A stretch of 64,000 nucleotides of DNA from Okamejei kenojei. Taxonomy: Eukaryota. The stretch's first letter is position 1, and each line of letters begins with the position of its first letter. Where the stretch lies: assembly GCA_035221665.1 (NCBI GenBank), contig CM069167.1, positions 8,370,001 through 8,434,000 on the forward strand. The letters run 5' to 3'. This document shows, one piece after another, positions 50,687 through 64,000 of the stretch. Below the pieces are notes generated by a model. The model had not been told where the DNA came from. It saw only the letters and a list, made by a program, of their open reading frames with translations, and ran no database searches. Made by a program: the position numbers and the translations under genes.

Positions 50687-51474
50687 CATAATGCAAAACT
50701 AAAGATACACTAAATCATGCATTTAACAGACTAAAAACAAAAGCAAAAAAGGACGAAACAGACTTGGCGAGGCTGCCATCGTACGGTGCGACCTGGTAAA
50801 TGCTGACATGGTGACAAAATCTCACTACTGTCAACTGAGATCAACCCAATATCATTAACAACATTCAGGTATGGTCTGATCAATGCTAAAAGTAACAGAT
50901 AATGACCATCTCCACTTCCACTTCCACCTGTTCAATAAAGTTTCCATTAATGGAAATCTGGGAGGAGGGCTGAAGAGCATTAAGGTGCCAACTCACTGAA
51001 GGTGCAGCACAAGATTATGTGTGCCAAATAGCAATGGGAGAACAAAGGGATATTGCAACAAATGATGTGCAATTCTTGTCATTGTAAGTCATGAATGGTA
51101 GTAGCTAATTAGAATTGAAGGGAGGAGGAGGAGGTGGCTTCCAGAACATCATTATCATCAACTGTGGCAGGGCCTAGCAAGGTACGCCGTTTTTCGACTG
51201 AGGTACCACTTTCACGGCTAGACTACAAGGCCGACCACCCCCCCCCCCCCCCCCCAACTCGAGAATTGCCAAATTTGTTGAAAATGCGGTGGGGCAGGCA
51301 TCCCCGAGAGGAGTCCAACAGTACTGGAAAGGTCTGCCTAGGCTGCCAGGGGCCGAGATACCAGTCTACAAAGTTGGCCTCAAAGTCGGCTATGGGAATG
51401 AATCTGGCGGCTCCAACCGGGCAAAAGTTCCTGAGCCCCGGCCGCAGGTGGCAAATTCAACCTGCCGATCTGAA

Positions 51475-51795
51475 GTCGAAGATAGACACAAAAAGCAGTA
51501 ACTCAGCAGGATAGGCAGCATTTCTTATACCTTTTGATTTTTCCAGCATCTGCAGTAATCTCTTCAAGGTATGCCTACTTTGAAGAAGTTCTCCTCCTCA
51601 CTCCAAAGACAGTTTAGCAACCTCCTCTCTCTGAAGAAAGGTCTCGACCCGAAACGTCACCTATTCCTTCACTCCATAGATGCTGCCTCAATCGCTGAGT
51701 TGTCTACCTTTGATTTTTCCAACAAGTTATTTCTTAAATCATCTCTGGAGAGAAGGAATGTGTGACGTTTCGTGTCGAGACCCTTCTTCAGAAGC
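51475..51795. mobile_element. Cluster of rearranged Penelope-derived terminal repeats in both orientations
   Basis: Cores CTGAAGAAAGGTCTCGACCCGAAACGTC (51631-51658, plus) and CTGAAGAAGGGTCTCGACACGAAACGTC (51791-51764, minus). Confidence 0.75.
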
Positions 51796-54700
51796 TAGCT
51801 GTAGAAGTCAGCAATGGAAATGTATCTGCTGGCTCTGGCCAGGCCAAAGTTGCACAGCCCTGGCCGCAGTGCGCAAATTCAGCCCGCCGATCAGCTACGG
51901 GGGTCCTGATGAGGTCAAGATCAGCCACCTTCACGGCTTCATGCCACATTTCCGGGGGGATTTCAAGTGTGCTCGTTATTTTGGATTAAAGGAGATGCAG
52001 CTAAACCATCAGTTGCCAGTAAATCGGTGGTGGACCTGTATTCATAGTCAAGTTCAGCCTGAATTACTGAGTGGGTATTAATTTCGACTTCCTCTGAGAT
52101 CTCCAATGTCACAGAAGCCAGTCTTCAATCAATTTGTAACACTGTACATGAAGTCAAGAAACGGTTGAGTGCACCGGATAACAGCCTAAGGGAGCAGACG
52201 ACATACCAATGACAGTGCGGTAAACCCTTGCAATAACGAATCTCTATATGGCGGATTTCAGTTACGAGGCTCCCGATGCAACCCCCCCCCCCCCCCCCCC
52301 CCCAAGTTAGGCAGTAACATGGCGTCACACGATTTACTTAATGGTTGCGGGAGTGGAGAGATCGAACACAAAATACAGAACAGCCAATTGTTAAATTTGT
52401 TCCATAATTTTATAAAGATATTTCTGTGACTTAATAACACTTTTACAGTAAGCATGAAAATCTCTGTTCTGAGAATAAAAACAGTTTTTTTCCAAAACTT
52501 GATTTGTCAGGAAGAGCATTTTGAGCTAAAAATAAATGCAAAACTGTTGGCATGTGATCAATTTCATTGGTCCCTGTTGCTTTTATGTTGTGGCACTGGA
52601 GACAGACTGGCCAAAACACAAGCCTGATTTCCTGAACCATGCCCAAGCTGAAACATCTTGGGCCTGATATAACTTTCTCAGTGAATGGGCGGGACTAATG
52701 ATATGGAAGAAGAAATGAAGAGAAATGTTATACTGTGGATGTATGCTGTTTGCAGCAATTGATGCCTCAGACCTGTGTCCTGTCGGCATCCCGCTAATGA
52801 TTTCCTGTAATTCCTGCAATTGGAATCTGTGTGCTTTGCTCTCATCGTTTTTTTTAAAATCTCATTTACTCATTTCAAAGATATCTGCTTTAAAATGCCT
52901 TCCAAGACTAATTTTATCAAACTTTTCTCTGTCTCTACAGTAATTTTCAATTTTAAGTTCAGTATAGAAACAAATCTGTTGGCGAATTAGCTAATTTTAT
53001 GCACACTAGACGAGTTTTTTGCCTTGTGAGAGAAGAGCAACTTTAGCAATTAAAATCAGACACGTACAATGTAGTAAATGACAACAGTGCAATGGAAAGT
53101 GTCACGTAAATATCACCTTTCAAGAACTTTACTGTCTTGTTCCCATGTATCTGGTGAATTTGTCATTTCTTTAATGTTTTTGTGCTGATGTAATCTTGGA
53201 GGGAATGATCTCCCATGGCCCATAGCACATATCCCCTGGATAAGAAAGATTTTAAATGTCCTACGCTTGATTACAGCTGGAAAGTACGTGTATTGTTGAG
53301 AACAGGACTGAATTGTATTTAATGTATTTAAATCTAGCTGCCTTCCATATTCCGTTTCTTGGATCATGCATGAGTGGGCCCTTCGTCAAGATATTGTAGA
53401 ACACTGATAACTATCCTAGCAAGCTTCAAAGAGGACAATTGGTTGAGGATACCGAAAGTGTACATTTTTTGAAATTCCAAAAAAAATAATCAGTGTGCTG
53501 TTTTGGTTTGCTTAATTGTTCCCCCTGCCTGTTCCATTGACATAATTTCACAACATAACAAAGAATAAAATTAATAATGTTAATCAGTTCACTGGATTAT
53601 TTTAAAATTTGGAATGGAAAAGAGCCCTAATTTAAGTTCTTGCGATGGTTTGTATTAACCAAAACTACTTAAAATAAAGCTACTGGTTGTTTTGAAATGG
53701 ATGAGTACGGTGAGGGAAGACCATGAGAGACGGAGATGCGTGTTATTTCTCTATAGTTTGTTGACTATTTTGTAATTCGGCAGTACAGCAGAGGAAGAAG
53801 TAAAGAAATAGAATTTGCCAGGGTCACCATGCTGCACCTGCCATTTCCACTCAAGTGAGGTTGTTTACCTTCCGTAATAAAACATTAATTTTTGTCTGAT
53901 TGGAATCATTGGTGCGTGCCTTTTTTTATCAAGTACTCTGTTTATATTTTACCAGAGCTGTTTGTGGTTATTAATCAGTTATTTTATCCCCGGGTTTTCC
54001 TACTCTTTCTGTTTTGGTCTTTGATATGAGCAAATTAAGCACTAATACAATTAAGCTTATATTTGGTTTAACTGGGTAGATTTGCAGCTTTGTGCACCAT
54101 TGAGCCTTTTAATATCGTAATATGATGGAATAATATCCAGGTTACTGGTACTGTAGTTTACATAGAAATAGTAAACCATCCATTTTGGCAATGTTTTTTT
54201 TGCTTAAAATGATCTGATCTCCGCAATCACTGCAAAGAAAGTTCTTGAAATTTAGCAATTGACTACTCCCAAATAAAATGATGTAATAGAAACTCTGAAA
54301 TACCTTTATGACATCTTATTTTCTTATTTGTACAATAACAATTTAAATTCTGAAACTCTACGTTAACTTGAGATTATTTTTCCACGTTTATACATCCAGA
54401 GGTTTTTCTATAAATGGGAGTTGATTGTCAAGAATTGTTTGTATTTTGGTGCATATGCAGGGTTGAATTTGATTGAGATGCTTGTTGGTGGAACAGTAAG
54501 TCTAATAAAATACATAACACTTTTCAGACTGAACCCAGACATGCTTCTGCAGTGCAATTATTAGTTTTTCTATCATCTAAATAATACCCATGTCTACATG
54601 AAAATGGAAATCTCTTAAATTAGTGTTGGCTTCCAGTTTCTTTCAATTCTATTTAGGATGCAAACTATACTTAAGATGTCATTCGACAGTCATGTGCCTT

Positions 54701-55296
54701 GTACATCTCTCATTGTTCTTGTTCAGAAAATAACCGTACCTATTGGAAACTCTCAATTTTCTTCACCAGTCATGCCATATAATGTAATAGCCGTGGTATC
54801 AATCTGTGAAATCAATAAGGTTTTTTCTCAATGTATGCCAGACCCCTCATATTAAACTTGCTTGTCTTCAGCCACTGCGATTCTTTGATCCCGTGTCTGT
54901 TGACCCTGGTTCTTGATATCATTTGTACATTTCTGAAGATAAAACAATGACTTTCTTTGCAAGAGTGTAAACGCCAAAGCTTTCATTTACTTGCATCTTT
55001 GTTAATGTGAAATCAGCTTAATGTAAGGATATTAATACAACGTTAACAACCTTTGATTGCAATACAGCCAGGGAATAAACAGTCCTGTCATAGTTTTACC
55101 AAAGTTGACCCAACTTGCTGTGAGTAATGTGAAATTAAAAAAACCCCATAAGTATTGAAATTTGAAAATAAAATGAAAAATGTTGGGAGCATCTAGTAGG
55201 TTGGGCAGCATCTGTGGAAAGAAAGTTGATGTTTGAGGTTGAAGACCCATTCTCAGACAGACCCTTCTGACCAAAGGTCATTAACTCTATTTGTTT

Positions 55297-56554
55297 AAAT
55301 TTTTTTATTTTTTTTAATTATAGAAACAATATATACAGAGTACACTCTTATGCGGCATTAAAAATTATATAATATACAAAATTATATAATATTGATTATC
55401 AATTGATACTGTTTGTGTTATTTGTAATGTTATCCATTATACATTTCCTGGTTATTTATTTTGTATAATTGGGAGTGTATGTAGTATATTCCTAAAATAA
55501 GCAATATACTCATACTTCTCATACCATACATATTTCTTCTAATTACCAAATACAAATCCCCCCTAATATAACTACATAATACCCAATCTTAACCAAACTT
55601 CTATGATATTCATGATATTTTCATAATATTAAGAGTGTTTGTATTATTATTAACTTTATATTTCAAAATTATTATATAGTTGAAAATGCGCAATTTTATA
55701 TAATTACAAATGTAAGACATCTATAATATTTTCATAGAACTAATAATATGTATATTCATACTAATATTAAGAATATATATAATATGTTTCTATGCTTTTT
55801 TTCCTACTTAAAGATAGAAAGATAGAGATAGAAAGTAGAAAATAGAAAAGAAAATGTGAAAAGTTTGGTGGAGATTAAAATATTACTCAATAATCCGTTC
55901 TTGGAGATACATTCATGATTTATTATATGTATTTCTTCATCCATTCAGATATTCAGGCCTCAGTCAAGTCCCCGCGCCGAACCATTATGACCCTGTAAAT
56001 ATTTAATGTATGGAGACCAAATCCCTTTGAAGAGATCTAACCTATCCATAAGGACAAGTCTCAATCTCTCCAAGTGAAGTGTCTCCGACATTTCTGTATT
56101 CCACATTTTAATTGTTGGGGATGCAGGGCCTTTCCAAAATTTTAGTATTAATTTTTTCCCAATTATTAGAGAATAGTCGATAAAAATTCTTTGATTCCTT
56201 GTAATTATTTGTTCCGTTTCAGGTATTCCAAGTATTATTAACTTTGGATCAGGAATCATAGTAATATTAACAACATTCGAGATTATCTTAAATATTTCGT
56301 TCCAATATTCTACAATCTTCGTACAATTAGTGAATGAATGTGACAAATTTGCTTCTGAGATTTGACATTTATCACATATAGGCGATAATTTTGGAAATAT
56401 ATTATGTAATTTAGATTTGGAGTAATGTAATCTATGTAAAATTTTAAACTGTATAAGAGCATGTTTAGCATTTAACGAGCAGTAATGTATGTGTTGTAAG
56501 CTTTCTTCCCATATTTCTGGGCTTATTATTTGACCTAATTTTTTTATTTTTTAT
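55297..56554 (-). mobile_element. 5'-truncated L1-clade LINE (ORF2 C-terminus, AT-rich 3' UTR, A-rich tail)
   Basis: QFKILHRLHYSK..SPICDKCQ..ANLSHSFTNCTKIVEYW..KKLILKFWK..IWSPYIKYL (CCHC-like region). T-rich tail at the left end, flanked by a 53-bp duplication. Confidence 0.88.
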
Positions 56555-56670
56555 GACCCATTCTCAGACAGACCCTTCTGACCAAAGGTCATTAACTCTA
56601 TTTGTTTTTCCACATATGCTGTCTAACCTCCTTAATGTTTAAAACTGGAAATATTTTTAATTTGCAAATA

Positions 56671-58062
56671 CAGTGGTCTCCATAATATTTGGGACAAAGA
56701 CCCATCATTTATTTGCCTCTGTATTCCACAATTTGAGACTTGTAATAGAAAAATGTACATTGTCAGATTTTAATAAAGGCCATTTTTATACATTGTGGTT
56801 TTACCATGTATAAATTACAGCTGTGTTTATACATAGTCCCCCCCATTTCAGGGCACCATAATGTTTGGGACACAACAATGTCATGTAAATGAAAGTAGTA
56901 ATGTTTAGTATTTTGATGCATATCCTTTGCATGCAATGACTGCTTGAAGTCTGCGATTCATGGACATCACCAGTTGCTGGGTGTCTTCTCTGGTGATGCT
57001 CTGCCAGGCCTGTATTCCAGTCATCTTTAGCTTATGCTTGTTTTGGGGGCTAGTCCCCTTCAGTTTTCTCTTCAGCATCTAAAAGGCTTGCTCAATTGGG
57101 TTCAGATCGGGTGATTGACTTGGCCACTCAAGAATGTACATTTTTTTTAGTTTTGAAAAAATCCTTTGTTGCTTTAGCAGCATGTCGAATGAGTTGGCAA
57201 CCAATGTGTTTTGAGGCATTTGTTTCAATTTGAGCATATAGGATGTGTCTATACACTTCAAAATTCATTTTGCTACTACCAACAGCAGTTGTATCATCAA
57301 TAAAGATAAGTGAGCCAGTACCTTCAGCAGCCATACATGCCCAGGCCATAACTCCCCCGCCACCGTGTTTCACAGATGAGGTGGTATGCTTTGGATCTTG
57401 GGCAGTTCCTTCTCTCCTCCATACTTTGCTCTTGCAATCACTCTGATATAAGTTAATCTTTGTCTCATCTGTCCACAAGACCTTTTTCAAGAACTGTGGT
57501 TGCTCTTTTAAGTGCTTCTTGGCAAGTACTTAACCGTCCTATTTTTGCGGCTAACCAGCGGTTTGCATCTTGCAGTGTAGCCTCTGTATTTCTATTCTCT
57601 TTTGTGGAGAATGGTCATTGACAAATCCGCACCTGACACCTGAAGAGTGTTTCTGATCAGTCGGACAGGTGTTTGGGGATTTTTCTTTATTATAGAGTGA
57701 GTTTTTCTGTTATCTGTGGCGGTATTCCTTGGCCTGCCAGTTCCTTTGCGATTAGTAAGCTCACCAGTGCTCTCTTTCTTCTTAATGATGTTCCAAACAG
57801 TTGATTCTGGAAAGCCTAAGGTTTGGCTGATGTCTCTAATGGTTTTATTCTTGTTTCTCAGTCTCATAATGGCTTCTTTGACTTTCATTGGCACAACTTT
57901 GGTCCTCATGTTGATAAACAGCAATAAAAGTTTCCAAAGGTGATGGAAAGTCTAGGTGCTGAGAGTTCCCTCATACTTGCTTTAAGGACGCATTTAAACA
58001 CACCTGAGCAATTACAAACACCTATGAAGCCATGTGTCCCAAACATTATGGTGCCCTGAAAT

Positions 58063-58105
<43 letters not shown>

Positions 58106-58190
58106 AGACTATGTATAAACACAACTCTAATTTCTTCATGGCATATAAATAAATGATGGGTCTTTGTCCCAAACATTATGTAGGGCACCG
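56671..58190 (-). mobile_element. Tc1-family DNA transposon (same family as 31104-32873), decayed transposase
   Basis: TA|CAGTGGTCTCCATAAT..GGGACAAAGACCCATC left end and GGGTCTTTGTCCCAAACATTATGTAGGGCACCG|TA right end. HTH fragment RDISQTLGFPESTVWNIIKK..GRPR, KKVLWTDETKINL, VKHGGGGVMAW and WPSQSPDLNPIE. Confidence 0.95.
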
Positions 58191-60124
58191 TAGATAGTTT
58201 ATGATTTTTAAACTGTTGGTTTAAAAAAATTGGAACCCATGCTGGCTGGGAACAGCTTTACTCTAATTACCACTCAAGCAGGTCACTCAAAGCAGCATAT
58301 GATAACAGCACATGAAGTAATCGAACCCTTGTAATTGAACCTCTCATTCTCGCCTTAAAGCATAATCGCGCCTGGGCTGTAAATGCACGAAGGTAATCAT
58401 GTTTATTATGTGCAGTGACGTCAGATTGGCTCATTTCTGATGAGCTGAGATCACATTTATATAAGATTTTGAGATGGGTATTGCAACAGGGGAGAAAAGT
58501 GGAAATGCTGAGAGACTAATGTATTTTACACGGAGAGACTGTTTAAAACATGACTGTTCCTGAACGTCTAACTCTGCTATGGCGGATTTGTAACAATTTG
58601 ATAAAGCAATTACTATTGCAACAATTTCCCCATTTTAAGCTACTGGTAACCAAGGCCAACACGTGCTACTTTCTGTTGCTGGTGAATCATATTTTGTTAA
58701 GTGCAAAGGATGCTGTTGCCTATAGTCACATGCACTATACAATTGGATAATATGATTCTGCCTTTGGTGAAAATTTAGTTATTTTCCAATGTAATATCTT
58801 GCTTTTCTACAGTGTTTATTAAGCAGCCTTATTCCAAATGGATGGGAAGCAATTAAGCACCTGATGCTTATGACCATATTTTTGATAATTGGAGTTTGAA
58901 TTGCTCTGCTATTCATCTGCCACGTGGCACTCAATCAAAATAATAGCTATTTTTCCCAAAAAAAAATTGTGAGCAGCCACCAGTAAGCCTTGGTGCATCA
59001 GGTATTTCAGAAACATGCTCTTGGGAACTCATTGGTTGAGTACGAGTATCTGAATTCTTTAGTGATTGGAATCAGAATGTACATTTTGTTTTAACTGGTG
59101 CTTTGCCTGTTCATTCCCTTTCAGTCCCTCTTTCTCATCAATTTACATGGGTTCCCTCTTGAAAGGGGTGCGGGGACAATATCGTTACATTTCAGGGTAT
59201 TTCACAAATACATAACCCAATGAGAAAGGATATCGTCAGTTTTATATTTTCATCTGTTTTATATTTTCTGGGGAGGTTGCTGATATTTTCTTTTGTGTTA
59301 TTTCGTGGAACATACAGTGCAGGTATTGTGTATGCTTTGTGGATGAAGTGGAACACACTTGAGTGCGTGACTGCTTGCATTTCCACTCTTTACAATGGAC
59401 CAATGGATTAACAGTCTCATGGATGAATATTGAAAGATAATTATAGAATTGTATTTGTTGGTAAATTTCAGATCTTTTTAAAGATGGATTTATTGGAATA
59501 AAAGAATTACTGGAAACCCAAGGAAATTGGACCACATTGATGCCATTTCCTTTCGAGGTTTTGTTGGAACTTGTGTGAATGTAACATTCTATGTAAGAAG
59601 AACAAACAAACTTTTACACTTATTCATTACTTTTAGTCTGGTGAATATTAAAAGTCATGTTAAGATATGTAGGTTGAACCTATTTTTGTCCTTATTTTCT
59701 GCTTTTGCAGGATGTGGGCATTTAGAATGAAATCAATGGCCAATTCATACCCTGTACCCCTCCTATCTTAAAACATTTAGCCACTGAAGTTGCTAACATT
59801 GTTAAAAGTTAAAGCTAGTGTGTGCATTTCTCCATGCCTTGAGCTGATTGAGCTGTAGGGAAAGCATGGATTTCCTTAAATGTGAGACTTAAGTCTCTGG
59901 TCCTTTGCTATTTTTGTCATAACTAGCTAATAGATTTGTGATCCATTGCCACCGTTGCAAGAAACCAACTATTGAATGCTATATATTGCTTCTGATTTTT
60001 TGGGGATTTTTTTTTTACCGTCACAATTAAACTTAAGGCAGATTTAAAAAATAAAATATGCCTCTAGCCTAATACAGGTGATACATGTGACTTGGTGGGG
60101 AGGAGGGATTGCATTCTTAGAAAA

Positions 60125-60540
60125 TGGTCTGGACCCAGGACAGATCTTCAGAAATATGCTTGACCAGGAGCTTCGTTGTTGATTCTCTCGACCGCCAACC
60201 TGTCAATGGACAACTTTGTGGGCCTTTAGCTTTGGTTTTGCTGACATTGAGAGCAAGATTGTTGTTCTGGCACCATTCAATTACATTTTCAATCTCTCCT
60301 ATACTTGTCTTTACCCATTATTCATCCAAAAATGGTACCTTTGGCAAATTGTATGGCAGCATTAGAACTGTGTCCTGCTTTTGCATCTGAAGTATTGAGT
60401 GAGTGGAGCAGGGGGCTGACCATACAGCCATCGGCAGCCCTGTGCTGATGTTTATCAAGGAGGAAATATTGTCAGTTCAAATTGATTGTCATCTACTGAT
60501 GAGGAAGTCTAGGATCCAGTTGAATAGGGTTAAGCAGAGA
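60125..60540 (-). mobile_element. Rex1/Babar-type LINE RT fragment, highly decayed
   Basis: Minus strand gives NWILDFLISR and a degenerate NTGLP.GC..SPLL region. Confidence 0.55.
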
Positions 60541-62018
60541 TTCCCCTATTTTTCCCCCAATGCTTGGGGATTTTTAAAGTTTTGAATTTCCTATTTCGCC
60601 TTAAGACAAGGTGTGTAAAGTCTTAGAAAGTTGCACCATAAAATGATGAAAGCTGGTTTGCATGTCTGGTCTCTTGTAATATGGTTCTGAATCTGGGAAG
60701 CCAAATTTGGTGCTGTAGCAGCATCTTGTTTTGTTTGCTCTTTGCAAATTGTTACAGATAGGATGGGGAAAAATGGAAGTAGACAAGAGGAAGTTATGAA
60801 TCGGATTTAGTAAAGTGACGCATTTTAAAAAGGGTTGTAATGTGATTTTAGGCAGAGAGTTAATATAAGCCAAATCTGTTGTAGGATTTGAGTTGGGATC
60901 AAAAGCTACAAGTTGAGTGAAAGGTCATGGGATGGAGAAGAATGGTAAATCCATTGTGTATTTACTAAGGTCTGGATTACCAGGTTGGAAATGGTTCTGA
61001 ACAATATGCATGGATGATCTCTGGGCAAGTTGTTGTTTATTAAAATGAGGCAATGATGATTTAAAAACAAATTACACTTGCATGTGACCAAGGCATGGGT
61101 AAGATTTTTAATGTTAAGAGAACTTGCAATAAAATTAAATGATGGTGGATGTCAACGTCTTGTTTCTTTGGCAATATGGAGGTTGTCACTCCTGCCAGGC
61201 TTGGATAGAATACCAATACTTTTATGCTCAAATTCATAATTATGAAAGCATAAAAATAGATCTGGGAATAATTTGGTAGGAGCAAAAATCTAATTGTATG
61301 GAGTTTTTTGTCTTGTTTGCAGCAATGTTCATCCCACATCTACCAATGTGCATGCCGCATTGGTGCAAGTAGGCTAGAGTTGGATAAAGACCAAGGTCGA
61401 GATGTCTTTGCATCACTCAAGCACAGCTATGAATTTTATAGTACCATGCAACAGATATGCAAAAACTTCCAAACAACCATAATTAATAATAGTTAATTAA
61501 TAATAATTATGATTCCAGCTAAAATAATGTCTGCTTTTTGTAGAGAATTTGGAAAGGTTTGATCATTTTCTAATAAAAATTATCAAATTAGTTCTTATTT
61601 AAATGTGTTCAATAATTTGAATGTGAACCTCTGAATACTTCTATTTACTTCTATATTCTTGTCTATTTAATGCAAGTACAATTGTGTTCTGCTTGATTTT
61701 TTCCATTTCTTTCAAAATGAATTACAGTGCTGAGCATAGCAGTAGAGACTGAAGGCTGCTCATGGTACCTTGATCCCGTCCTTTAACGTTCTGTGACTAG
61801 AATTTAGGATAGTGAAAGGACAGAATATCGATCTGTTGTCACAATAGCTGTTGCATTTCAACTGCTGAATTTGAAGGACATTTTGAGGTCCTTGAATATT
61901 TGATACTACTGAAAAATTCTATTGATTCTAATAGTTTTTAATAAATACCAGCGACAGACTTAAAACTAATCTTGGTCGTCAATTTTATTTTACTTGCCCG
62001 GTAAATTGTAGTGATTAA

Positions 62019-62511
62019 GGGCCTGTCCCACCAGCATGCGATTGCATGGGTCTAGCGCGACCACACATGGTCGCTTGATGTGTACGGCCTCGCGGGGCCG
62101 GTCCCAATTTGAACCGCGGAGGTGTATGGAGTTGTGCGGGGTTGGTCCCGACATCATATTCACCAATCAGCTGGGCAGGAGGCGGGCCGACTGAATTTGG
62201 ACGTCGGGCGGTGACGTCATAGCGCAACAGCACGCCGGGCGGTGACGTCATCGTGCAACGCCACGCGCTAGGTGTACAACGATGGGACGCTGCATACGTC
62301 TTCAATGCAGTTGCAGGCCGACATGCCGTTGGAGCCTGGAATGTTTGGACACTCAGTTTTTCGGAGCCCCGCGCGATGTCGGGACCAGCCCCGCACAACT
62401 CCATACACCTCTGGCGATTGAAGTGGGACCAGCCCCGCGAGGCCGTACGGCTCAAGCGACCACGTTAGATCGCCCTAGCCGCATGCAGACGCATGCTGGT
62501 GGGACAGGCCC
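62019..62511. mobile_element. Palindromic non-autonomous DNA transposon (MITE) flanked by TTAA
   Basis: TTAA at 62015-62018 and 62512-62515. Perfect 22-bp TIR GGGCCTGTCCCACCAGCATGCG, extending imperfectly to ~135 bp. Confidence 0.9.
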
Positions 62512-62634
62512 TTAAGTCTATTGTAGAAGCCAGTGCCACATGCAGCTAATGTTAATTTTTCTTTCTTAACCTTCCTGTGAGTATTGACTGGCCACCCTTT
62601 TCATGTTTGAGTGACATTGAGAATCAACAACATA

Positions 62635-62755
62635 AGCCTGAAGAAAGGGCCCGACAAGAAACATCTGTTCATTTCCTCCACAAATGCTGCCTGACCCGCT
62701 GAGTTCCTCCAGTACTTTGTTAAATCCAGATTCCAGCATCTGCAGTTTCTTATGT
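62635..62755 (+). mobile_element. Degenerate Penelope-derived terminal repeat
   Basis: CTGAAGAAAGGGCCCGACAAGAAACATC...ATGCTGCCTGACCCGCTGAGTT...CCAGCATCTGCAGTT. Confidence 0.7.
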
Positions 62756-64000
62756 TTCTAATCTATTTAACTGACAAGGAGAAGATGCAGTTGAGGCAAG
62801 TTCAACTTAATTAGTTGCTGAACCTAAAAGACTTTATGTGTAATTTTAGAGAATTTTTTTTGAATGGTGTGTGATCTCTTTCATTCCATATATTCTTAAT
62901 CTCCTTCTCCTGAGCTCACTCTTGTCCAACCCATCTAACGATGTACAGTATACCATTTGAAAACAGCCAGCTGATGCCCTTGTTACTGTTATTCCACTGT
63001 TACGACTGTCTCTGGCAATGATAACAGATACGTGTTCCACTATTCTGATTTATCTTTCACGAAATTGTCAGCTTTTATCAATATACTGTATAAAAACCTG
63101 TAGTGGAGTTTATAGGAATTAAAGACATCATTCTTTGTTCTGGCACTATGTAATTTGCAGCACTTTTCTCAATCATACATATTAAACACAGAATATAATT
63201 TTATTTGTGCAAAATTGTTTAGGTTCACGAAGGAGTGGGTTGGATGCTTGGTTATCAGAATATTAAATTGTAACAAGAAATATAAACCTCTTTGCTAGAT
63301 AATAAAATTAGACATTAATAAGAATTCAAATTAAGAAATTTCACACCTGAAAGTCTCCAGCCTCATTCTTGTCACGCAATTTTGAATTAATGTTTGTCGC
63401 AGTGCAGGCTCGGTTGTGGATCTCATTCTTGTCACCCAGTCTCTTAATGCTCTGTACCAGCCATTATTTTACAGCAGTACAGCAGTTAGCTTTCTGCATT
63501 GCAGTTATTTCAGTTTGTACACAAGGCATGATTTCACAGAATTTTTATTTAGTTCATTAAATGTTAGGCTGCGGTCTGTTTGAAAATAAAGCTGTTACCA
63601 ACATTGCATGGATTTATGTGTTTATATCTGCAATTATGAGCATGAAGGTAAAATATGGTAGAAAAGATGCTATCCTTTCAGCCATAACTGCATCTGTCAG
63701 GTGATTTTTGTGATAGTTTAATTCTGTGCTCCAGCAGTTCAAGTAGGCTGAAGGACTGTCAGTTTATGATGAAATGAAGAGGTAATTTTTCCAGCTTTCA
63801 ATCGTTCTGCTGGCAGGGACACTTGACCTATCAAATAGTGGAGCATTGATCCAGAAGGAAAAGTCTGCAGAATCACATGGATGTTGAATGATTCAGCAGA
63901 GGGTAAAGACGAGTTAAGAAATTGAACCCACAATTAGGTAAGACGGAACTATCATACTGCATGCAATGATGACTGGGCCAAACCACAGTCTTACAAATCT

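Noticed and set aside
58425-58460. CTGATGA as a hammerhead core or snoRNA box
   Set aside because: No downstream helix II-GAAA and no matching box/terminal stem. It is just a short hairpin near a CRE/CCAAT-like site.

Overview
Vertebrate genomic DNA, very probably a cartilaginous fish (skate/ray/shark), judged from HE1-type SINEs, HER1/CR1-type LINE tails and abundant Penelope remnants. Two protein-coding genes sit head-to-head on a small CpG promoter (~12.5-12.9 kb). A ZBTB45-like BTB/C2H2 zinc-finger gene is on the minus strand (coding exons 9626-11177 and 5415-5671, 602 aa). A THAP7-like gene is on the plus strand, with three clean coding exons and a last exon broken by several frameshifts that look like homopolymer errors. 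A second CpG island (~23.4-24.6 kb) probably holds the first exon of a third, unidentified plus-strand gene, and the rest of the window looks like its long, repeat-rich intron. That stretch contains two Tc1 IR/DR elements, an 8-bp-TSD hAT element with a nested Penelope tail, an L1 fragment with a 53-bp perfect flanking duplication, a TTAA-flanked palindromic MITE, and Penelope, Rex/Babar, CR1 and L2 fragments. The most notable non-genic signal is a family of Penelope-derived repeats carrying a minimal hammerhead-ribozyme core (CTGAAGA-hairpin-GAAACGTC). The assembly has N gaps and very long G/C runs, so local base accuracy is doubtful. All family assignments come from recalled motifs, not database searches, and most repeat boundaries are approximate.
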